NCBI GenBank assembly: GCA_018304175.1 | Contig: JAGVWT010000017.1 | Location: forward strand, 1 to 30,092 | Direction of reading: 5' to 3' | From: Candidatus Pacearchaeota archaeon | GTDB lineage: Archaea > Nanobdellota > Nanobdellia > Pacearchaeales > GW2011-AR1 | DNA length: 30,092 bases | In this document: positions 9,489-15,837 of the stretch, one piece after another | Position numbering within the stretch: the first letter of the stretch is position 1 | Layout of the letters: every line of letters begins with the position of its first letter | Notes under the pieces: model-generated | Seen by the model: only the letters and a program-made list of their open reading frames with translations | The model's database searches: none | What the model was told of the DNA's origin: nothing | Translations under genes and position numbers: made by a program

Positions 9489-11380
9489 CTGAAATTTATA
9501 TTCAAACTTTTTTCGTCAAGTAAAATATAATTTTGCTGAAGCTGCTCAATTGTGTTTGGAGTTGGGAATGATTGAACATTTATTTCAATAACATTTGAAC
9601 TAGAAAGCTGAGATTCCAAAATATAATATCCTTGCTTTCCCCCTCCAGCTAATGCATTCGAAACAACTTGTGCAGGGAATTCAACTGTATAGCAGTTTTC
9701 TTTCGTAAATCCGAAAAATCCCCCTATCCCTGTCTGCAGAACTTCAACACATTGTTCGCTTTTAGTTTCTCCTAAACGCAAAGAGGAATTCCTGAATGCA
9801 AAAACCTGAACTTCATAATCACCTTCGCTTAATTTTATTTTTTTCTGTTCTGGATAAATAATTGTCTGTATGTAATCATCAGAAACAAAACTAACTGTTG
9901 CTTGACCATTGTAATTAACTCCGTCGAGAGTTAATTCAACATTCAATTCGTAAAGTTTGTCAATAACTACATCAACAATTCCCTGTTCAACAGTTGAAAA
10001 TTGATGTCTTGCATTTTTGTAACCTTCTGCCTTGACTATTACATCCCCATTTATACATTGTGGGAAATCAGATTTCAAGATTCCACTCGTTGCTTGACCG
10101 ATAGAACATTTTGTTCCAAAACACTCATAAGAAATTTCGGCATTATTAACTAAATTGAGCTTTGTGTCATAAACATTCACAGTTATTTCTGTATTTTTTT
10201 GTTCACACAATTCAGGAATTTCAAAATCAACAGCCTCTGAATCAAGCAGAGGTTCTCTAGGATTATTTCCCTGAATTACAACTGCAAAAGGAAACTGGAA
10301 TAATTCTTCTCCCTCAGATATTTGAACTAAAACGGGATATTTCACATCATAAACAAAATGATATGGTGTATAGCAAAATCCAAGGATTCCTAGTCCAAGT
10401 TGATTCGCTCCAGCAGGATTTGCAACCAAGATATTATTCTCTGAGGGATTTACTTCGTAAGCATAGCTCCAGGATTTTGAATTCAAAAACCTCACATCAC
10501 CTTCCACAGAAATGTCATTCACAAAATATTTATCTTCTTCATCATTCAATGTGAATTCATTACCAGATATTTTTATTGCCTGAGTGTTTGCCTCAATTGC
10601 GTTTTGCAATTCAGAGAAAACTTCATTAGTTTTCCAGACTAATGGACTGCATGTAAGTTCAACACCGTCGACAGGAGAATAAAGTCTTAATGTATCAACA
10701 GCATATCTTTCCAAGAAAAGGGTCTCCTGTTCGTGGTCATAAATTTCTCGCGCAGAATCATACAAAGTTCCTAATTTTGAATTCATAGAAATATCATGAT
10801 TGCTTATTAATACACTATCATTTCCTCTTTCAATGCTCAAATCCATGTCCAAGTCAATATTAATATTATTTTTGTTTATTTTTACAGTTGATTTTGGTTC
10901 TCCCATAGAAATTTCAAATCCTTCTTCATAATAGCTTTCAAGTTCGCAGTCCCTTATCCTTTCATCGACAAATACCTCTAATTGAGACTCCACATCATTC
11001 AAAGAAGGAACTTGCTCTTTCTGCAAACCATTACCAGAAACATAGTACCAATAAGGAATTGGATTTCCTAAAAAATCCAGTTGATTCGAAAACGGCATGT
11101 ATGTGCTTCCGGGTTGAAATTCAGGAAGTTCAATATACCCTGCTTGACTTCCAAGAACTCCTGCTCCTGTTAATACATCATCTCCCAAACACTCTGTAAA
11201 AGAAACATAAACTGGTTCAATGCTTGCAGGAATTGTTGAAAAAACAAAAAAATTTCTTGCTACAAAAAACAAAACCACTGCTGCCAATATAATAACTGCA
11301 ACTAGTATAAAAATTGTAAGCTGTCCGCGTCTTTGTTTTCCCAACGAGAAAATACCATCATCACCTCTCGGATTCATCAA
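9485..11380 (-). CDS. 631-aa surface protein with class III signal/pilin-like N-terminus (RRGQ + hydrophobic helix)
   Basis: KQRRGQLTIFILVAVIILAAVVLFFV followed by a Cys-containing beta-rich body; the stop overlaps the start of the giant gene (4-nt ATGA overlap at 9485-9488). Confidence 0.75.
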   Translation of the reverse strand: MMNPRGDDGIFSLGKQRRGQLTIFILVAVIILAAVVLFFVARNFFVFSTIPASIEPVYVSFTECLGDDVLTGAGVLGSQAGYIELPEFQPGSTYMPFSNQLDFLGNPIPYWYYVSGNGLQKEQVPSLNDVESQLEVFVDERIRDCELESYYEEGFEISMGEPKSTVKINKNNINIDLDMDLSIERGNDSVLISNHDISMNSKLGTLYDSAREIYDHEQETLFLERYAVDTLRLYSPVDGVELTCSPLVWKTNEVFSELQNAIEANTQAIKISGNEFTLNDEEDKYFVNDISVEGDVRFLNSKSWSYAYEVNPSENNILVANPAGANQLGLGILGFCYTPYHFVYDVKYPVLVQISEGEELFQFPFAVVIQGNNPREPLLDSEAVDFEIPELCEQKNTEITVNVYDTKLNLVNNAEISYECFGTKCSIGQATSGILKSDFPQCINGDVIVKAEGYKNARHQFSTVEQGIVDVVIDKLYELNVELTLDGVNYNGQATVSFVSDDYIQTIIYPEQKKIKLSEGDYEVQVFAFRNSSLRLGETKSEQCVEVLQTGIGGFFGFTKENCYTVEFPAQVVSNALAGGGKQGYYILESQLSSSNVIEINVQSFPTPNTIEQLQQNYILLDEKSLNINFR

Positions 11381-11417
11381 AAAAAGATGGAAATTATATA
11401 TAAAAATCTATCTGACC

Positions 11418-11882
11418 TTATATGGGATATATTCTTTTACCAGTCATTTTAACCCACTTTGTTAAGAAATTGATATGTCCAATCTTATTTTTACACAATC
11501 TTAATTGCCTTTTAACTTCTTTAAGTACATCCGCAGTTTCTAACCTGTAAATTTCTTCAACTGTAAGATGGTCTTCAAAAAAAGCGAAATAAAACCCACT
11601 ATTTCTAATAATTCTTTTTAAGTTACTTTTTGTTAATCTATCAATCTGAAAGCTACTTCCTTTATTAGTTTTCACATTTTTTCTATTAATACTTGATAAA
11701 TATTCATAATAATGATTCTGATTGTCCCTTGCATCAGGCAAATTCTTTTGAGGTATTAAAGTGTGTCCTAAAATTTCGGCAATAATTAATTCTTTTATTA
11801 CTCCAGGTTGTAAGATATTATTAATGCCAATACTTGTGGCCAATTTTTGAGCTTTTTTTAATAAGTTTATAATTTCCGACAT
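11418..11882 (-). CDS. PvuII-like restriction endonuclease fold protein (orphan; catalytic Lys position is Leu)
   Basis: By-eye similarity along the whole length to PvuII as I recall it: GINNILQ ~ GINDIFQ; PDARDNQNHYYEYLSSIN ~ NDAVDNAGQEYELKSIN; EEIYRLETAD ~ EAIYRLEPKD; GKRIY ~ GTKIY; similar length (154 aa). Confidence 0.72.
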   Translation of the reverse strand: MSEIINLLKKAQKLATSIGINNILQPGVIKELIIAEILGHTLIPQKNLPDARDNQNHYYEYLSSINRKNVKTNKGSSFQIDRLTKSNLKRIIRNSGFYFAFFEDHLTVEEIYRLETADVLKEVKRQLRLCKNKIGHINFLTKWVKMTGKRIYPI

Positions 11883-11931
11883 ACTGTTATATAGCTATAT
11901 TAATATAGATATAAACCTATCCATATAAATG

Positions 11932-12144
11932 TTATTCATTAACGGCTAAAATTTTCTTATTTCTGCCGCCGATTAAAAAATGTTCAAACCCACTTAGTAT
12001 AATTAGTGCTCCCCCAATAAGCATTATCCAAGAGTCTAAATCTGAAATGAATTCTGGAATTTCAACAAAATTAAGTGATACGTTAATAAAATAAAAACCG
12101 AACAGAACATAAATCAAAAACAGGAAAATTTTCCATCTCATCAA
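11932..12144 (-). CDS. Small membrane protein (2 TM), 70 aa
   Basis: Two hydrophobic helices; TATTTAAATA box about 20 nt upstream. Confidence 0.72.
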   Translation of the reverse strand: MMRWKIFLFLIYVLFGFYFINVSLNFVEIPEFISDLDSWIMLIGGALIILSGFEHFLIGGRNKKILAVNE

Positions 12145-12162
12145 AAAAATATGATATCATTA

Positions 12163-12172
12163 TATTTAAATA
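12163..12172. promoter_or_regulatory. Palindromic TATA box TATTTAAATA between divergent 70-aa gene and tRNA-Val
   Basis: About 20-23 nt from both the ATG at 12144 and the tRNA 5' end at 12195. Confidence 0.55.
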
Positions 12173-12194
12173 TTTCTCAGTTCATAAAATTTCA

Positions 12195-12336
12195 GGTCCC
12201 ATAGTCCAATGGCTAAGACGTGTCCTTGACGATCAATCAACCTTCTCTTGACGCTGAAGCCAACTTCCTTCGGCACCTCTACGGAGTTGATAACATCAAA
12301 ATGGACGAGACCGCGGTTCGATTCCGCGTGGGACCA
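12195..12336 (+). tRNA. tRNA-Val (GAC) with 70-nt intron at 37/38 (12232-12301)
   Basis: Acceptor GGTCCCA/TGGGACC; anticodon stem TGTCC/GGACG; bulge-helix-bulge with TTGA paired to TCAA and 3-nt bulges CG|A and AA|T; T-arm CGCGG-TTCGATT-CCGCG. Confidence 0.92.
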
Positions 12337-12344
12337 TTTTTGAA

Positions 12345-12538
12345 ATGGAAAAACCAAGAGAAAAATTGTTGAAAAAAATGCTTTCTTTAATCAAGAAAAA
12401 CCAGGGATAAGACCATCTGAACTTAATCGCCTATTAAAAGTTAGACACTCTGCAAATCTTCGTGAAGTTTTAATCAAAAAAGGAGTTATAATAAAAAAGA
12501 AAACCAAGAACGTCGCGCGTTATTACTCAAAAGACTAA
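12345..12538 (+). pseudogene. Frameshifted winged-HTH protein (about 64 aa if repaired)
   Basis: The ATG 12345 frame gives MEKPREKLLKKMLSLIKKN and stops at 12408-12410. The -1 frame from 12401 continues PGIRPSELNRLLKVRHSANLREVLIKKGVIIKKKTKNVARYYSKD*, a wHTH-like pattern. The break is at an A-run. Confidence 0.65.
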
Positions 12539-12543
12539 TCTAA

Positions 12544-12978
12544 TTACCTATAATTCATTTCTACGTAACGGGCTAGTTCTGTTGCAAAATTCAATTTTGC
12601 CCTATGATCTTTTGGTTTTTCACTAGCATAAACTTTCCCATGAGCGCCAGGAATATAAAATGCAACACGCCCTTTATGCGTTTTCTCTGTCTCAATTCCA
12701 AACCGTTCTAGTATTCTTCTTCTATCTGAATTTAATTTACCATCCCAATTTCTAAAAGCATTTTTTATTACTTCTTTTTCATTATGACCCAACCTTCCTT
12801 CCAAACTCGAAGACTCAACAATTAGTGTAATTCCTCCAACAATTAAAACCAAACCAAATATCCCACTTAAACTTCCTGCTGTATCAGAAACTACATTTCC
12901 TGTAATATTCACATGAAAAAAAATAATCAAAACAGTCCCTATAATAAATGATACACCCCCTAAGATCTTTTTAATCAT
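12544..12978 (-). CDS. Two-TM membrane protein with C-terminal HicA-like (dsRBD-like) domain
   Basis: Two TM helices around an ITGNVV loop; C-terminal ILERFGIETEKTHKGRVAFYIPG..KVYASEKPKDHRAKLNF resembles the '(S/T)PSDxRxxxN' HicA-like pattern. First ATG at 12978 (the track starts at TTG 12984). Confidence 0.6.
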   Translation of the reverse strand: MIKKILGGVSFIIGTVLIIFFHVNITGNVVSDTAGSLSGIFGLVLIVGGITLIVESSSLEGRLGHNEKEVIKNAFRNWDGKLNSDRRRILERFGIETEKTHKGRVAFYIPGAHGKVYASEKPKDHRAKLNFATELARYVEMNYR

Positions 12979-13185
12979 AATCAAAAATAGGCTTTGGCTT
13001 ATTTAAATATTTCTAATATTCATCACATTAATTTTTCAGTGTTTTACGATGCGTCCATGCTCCATTCAAATCTTCTGAAAGAATTTTATTTCTCTGCGTA
13101 ATCGCCTTTCTATCTCAGTGTCTCACGATGTGTATTTGTAATCGCTTATCAACACTTTTAAAAACCTAATTTTTCTCATCAAATA

Positions 13186-13503
13186 ATGAAACTACCTAAA
13201 AACACAAAAAGGTATTGCCCTTATTGTAAAAAAGTTACAGACCAAAAAATCAAGTTAGTCTCGACAGGGGCGAAGCGTGGAACACTTACTCGTGGTTCAA
13301 TTTCAAGGGCAAGATCTCGTGGCTTGGGAAGGGGAATAGGAAATAAAGGTAAATGGGGTTCTAAACCTGCTGTATCAAAATTCAAAAGAAAAAGTAAAAC
13401 CACGAAAAAAACAAATATAATGTACACTTGCTCAACATGCGGAAAGTCTAAATATCGTCAAGGTAGAAGAAATAAAAGAACAGGAAAAATAACACAAGAA
13501 TAA
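13186..13503 (+). CDS. rpl44e: 50S ribosomal protein L44e (eL42)
   Basis: MKLPKNTKRYCPYCKK...YTCSTCGK zinc-binding Cys pairs; very basic. Confidence 0.95.
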   Translation: MKLPKNTKRYCPYCKKVTDQKIKLVSTGAKRGTLTRGSISRARSRGLGRGIGNKGKWGSKPAVSKFKRKSKTTKKTNIMYTCSTCGKSKYRQGRRNKRTGKITQE

Positions 13504-13504
13504 A

Positions 13505-14038
13505 ATGGCGCAAGCAAAAAAAAGAAAAAGATTTTTCGAAGTTGATATGCCTATATTGGGAAAAGAAACAGACCTTCAAGCATACGAACAAAAAGAAATC
13601 GGGGGAAGAATAATAAATTACGATTTGACTCGCTCTCTAAAAGGAAAAAGCATGATTCTACAATTAGAGGTAAAAGCTGAAAAAGAAAATCTTGTTGCCC
13701 ATCCCATCCAAGCTAAAGTACTTCCTTATTTTCTGAGGAGAATGATTCGTAAAGGTACAAACTACGTCGAGGATTCTTTTATAGTTCAATGTGAAAATTC
13801 AAAAGCAAGAATAAAACCTTTCTTGATTACAAGAAGAAAAGTTTCAAGGGCGGTAAGGAAAGCGCTAAGAGAAAAAGCAAAAGAAGAAATATTAAACTAC
13901 GTTAAAGACAAAACAACAGACGAAATATTCGACGATATAATAAAAAGCAAAATTCAGAGAGAGTTAAGTTCAAAACTAAAAAAAATTTACCCATTATCTT
14001 TATGCGAGATAAGAATCTTTAAGGTTGAGAAAAAATAA
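13505..14038 (+). CDS. rps3ae: 30S ribosomal protein S3Ae (eS1)
   Basis: YFLRRMIRKGTNYVEDSF and KIYPLSLCEIR motifs of eS1. Confidence 0.93.
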   Translation: MAQAKKRKRFFEVDMPILGKETDLQAYEQKEIGGRIINYDLTRSLKGKSMILQLEVKAEKENLVAHPIQAKVLPYFLRRMIRKGTNYVEDSFIVQCENSKARIKPFLITRRKVSRAVRKALREKAKEEILNYVKDKTTDEIFDDIIKSKIQRELSSKLKKIYPLSLCEIRIFKVEKK

Positions 14039-14041
14039 TCT

Positions 14042-14059
14042 CTCACCTAAAGGCTCGCT
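14042..14059 (+). repeat. Dispersed intergenic repeat, copy 2 (CTCACCTAAAGGCTCGCT)
   Basis: See 2679-2698. Both copies are followed downstream by GAAGATTTT..TATAAC. Confidence 0.55.
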
Positions 14060-14314
14060 CCTGATTGTTCTTAGAATTGCTTCGCTAAATCTCGAAATTT
14101 TCTGAAGATTTTGATGTATAACCTTTTAAGAAGATGGTTTTACAGGTTATTATATTAGATAAATGGTTTTTGTGTTAGTTGTTGGGAATTAATACTTTAG
14201 TGGTAGCGAAGAGAATTTAGGACTTTGTCAGCGAGGCTCAAACATCAACAACAGTAAGGTGGAAAATTTTTTTATACAATAAATTTTAAAAGTAGTTTTC
14301 TTCTTAAAATAATG

Positions 14315-14414
14315 ATGCCTGTGTAGCTCATGAGGGGACGCCCCTTACACTAACCCCGTTCGCAAAACGAGATTAGTTCGCTACACATAAAATCAAATAT
14401 GCCTGTGTAGCTCA
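14315..14414 (+). repeat. 16-bp direct repeat ATGCCTGTGTAGCTCA duplicating the tRNA-Thr 5' end, enclosing a structured spacer (84-bp period)
   Basis: Copies at 14315-14330 and 14399-14414. TGTGTAGC (14320-14327) can pair with GCTACACA (14380-14387) around two hairpins. Confidence 0.85.
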
Positions 14415-14515
14415 GTGGTAGAGCACTTGACTTGTACGCTGAAATCAAGATTTTGCATGCTTCGCGATTTCGCAAAGCAATCAAGGGGTCGGGAGTTCAA
14501 ATCTCTCCACAGGCT
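14401..14515 (+). tRNA. tRNA-Thr (TGT) with 43-nt intron at 37/38 (14437-14479)
   Basis: Acceptor GCCTGTG/CACAGGC; anticodon stem CTTGA/TCAAG; relaxed BHB (CTTG vs AAAG, 3 of 4 pairs; intron stem GC-GAAATC/GATTTC-GC); T-arm GGGAG-TTCAAAT-CTCTC. Confidence 0.9.
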
Positions 14516-14530
14516 TTTTAAAAATAAAAA

Positions 14531-14782
14531 ATGACTTGGCAAGACATTGCAATAACTGTAATAATAATTGCATTTAGCTACGCACTTCTTCCTCAAGTCT
14601 ATCAAGGATTCAAACAGAAAAAAGGTTTCATAAATCTGCAGACATCAGCCATAACCTCGACAGGAATGTACATTCTATGTTTTGTCTATTTCACTTTGGG
14701 ATTATATTTTTCCACGGTTATGGCATTCGTAACCGGAACTTTATGGACAATACTCTTCCTACAAAAAATAACTTACAAATAA
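14531..14782 (+). CDS. PQ-loop / SemiSWEET-like 3-TM transporter
   Basis: 83 aa, three hydrophobic helices, LLPQVYQ PQ motif after the first helix. Confidence 0.72.
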   Translation: MTWQDIAITVIIIAFSYALLPQVYQGFKQKKGFINLQTSAITSTGMYILCFVYFTLGLYFSTVMAFVTGTLWTILFLQKITYK

Positions 14783-14786
14783 TAAA

Positions 14787-15341
14787 TCAAATTTTTTCAA
14801 CTAATTTTGCTTTTCCGTCTTCAATTAAAATTTTTGCAATTTCTTTTGGAACAGACACTTTTTGCCCTTTTTTAAAAGGACCCGTCTTTTCCCCATTAAG
14901 CCCCACAAACTCAGCAACATCCTCTTTGAAAAATAATAAATCCATTACATTAATGTTCCCTCCGTTTTCTAAAACACTGCTTATTTTTCTGTTGGAGTTT
15001 TCAATGCAAGACATCATTTCGTTGAAGAGATTTTTCTCAAACTCCATCATATTTTCAAAATCTCTTTTTGAAATCCCTATTTCTGCGGCAATCAAAATCA
15101 AGTTGAGTATTTTCTTACGCCTTATCACAATCAACTCTTTAAACAAAGTTCGTGCATTCTCAAGCTGCTTTTGATTTTTTGCAATCACGTCTGAGAACAA
15201 TTCGTTTTCCTTGGAAGCTATTCCTTTTTTCCCTTTGAAGTAATCCGCAACATCAGAAACAAAATTTTCAGACAGCTTCTGCAACTCCTTAGTAATTCTT
15301 TCTTTTCTCGCAGATTCGTATATGTCGTTAAATGTTATCAT
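14787..15341 (-). CDS. GINS complex subunit (Gins15/Gins51 type)
   Basis: Helical A domain (RKERITKELQKL, RRKKILNL) plus C-terminal B domain FVGLNGEKTGPFKKGQKVSVPKEIAKILI. Confidence 0.88.
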   Translation of the reverse strand: MITFNDIYESARKERITKELQKLSENFVSDVADYFKGKKGIASKENELFSDVIAKNQKQLENARTLFKELIVIRRKKILNLILIAAEIGISKRDFENMMEFEKNLFNEMMSCIENSNRKISSVLENGGNINVMDLLFFKEDVAEFVGLNGEKTGPFKKGQKVSVPKEIAKILIEDGKAKLVEKI

Positions 15342-15404
15342 ATTCAGAAAAACATATCCTCATTTTTAAGAATTGCTATGATGTAATACATTAAAATAAA
15401 ATGT

Positions 15405-15671
15405 TTAGGGTTTTTGATAAACTACCTTTGCATTTATGACGGAGCCGTCTTTCAGAATTTCCATACTAGTCCCAAGCCATTCTAAAATAGCATCCCAACT
15501 ATCCTTCATTAAAACAGCTCTTGGTGTTCCAGCAGTATTCAGGTAACTCTCAAGAGAATTTACAAACTTCCTGCCAGAAGGAGCTTTTTCCTTAATTTCA
15601 ACTTTTATTGTATCTCCACAAAATCCGTCCTGATATTGAAGATTTTTGTAAAATGAAGATTTAAAATTCAT
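15405..15671 (-). CDS. Hypothetical protein; the reading frame stays open about 45 codons upstream of the annotated ATG
   Basis: Upstream in-frame translation AYEKNKLRRIVLLFPGSEDYRESHFPFEGEDDRLARLRKRYGEI joins MNFKSS without a stop. An out-of-frame ATG sits before an A7 run near 15800. Confidence 0.5.
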   Translation of the reverse strand: MNFKSSFYKNLQYQDGFCGDTIKVEIKEKAPSGRKFVNSLESYLNTAGTPRAVLMKDSWDAILEWLGTSMEILKDGSVINAKVVYQKP

Positions 15672-15837
15672 TATTTCACCATATCTTTTTCTAAGGCGGG
15701 CTAACCTATCATCTTCACCTTCAAAAGGAAAATGAGATTCTCTATAATCCTCTGACCCCGGAAAAAGAAGAACAATCCTTCTTAATTTATTTTTTTCATA
15801 CGCAATTTTAATTTTTATTTAATTTATTAACTTCATC

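Noticed and set aside
1791-11465. Short ORFs opposite tfb, the giant SLT gene and the 631-aa gene
   Set aside because: Fully overlapped by long, motif-supported genes on the other strand.
12166-12357. 63-aa minus-strand ORF
   Set aside because: It is the antisense reading of tRNA-Val and its intron.
14315-14515. Split or permuted tRNA, or integrated-element att site, at tRNA-Thr
   Set aside because: The downstream tRNA is complete on its own, no BHB joins the 14-nt fragment, and no integrase is in the window. Kept only as an unexplained duplication.
14393-14605. 70-aa minus-strand ORF
   Set aside because: Antisense to tRNA-Thr and the PQ-loop gene.
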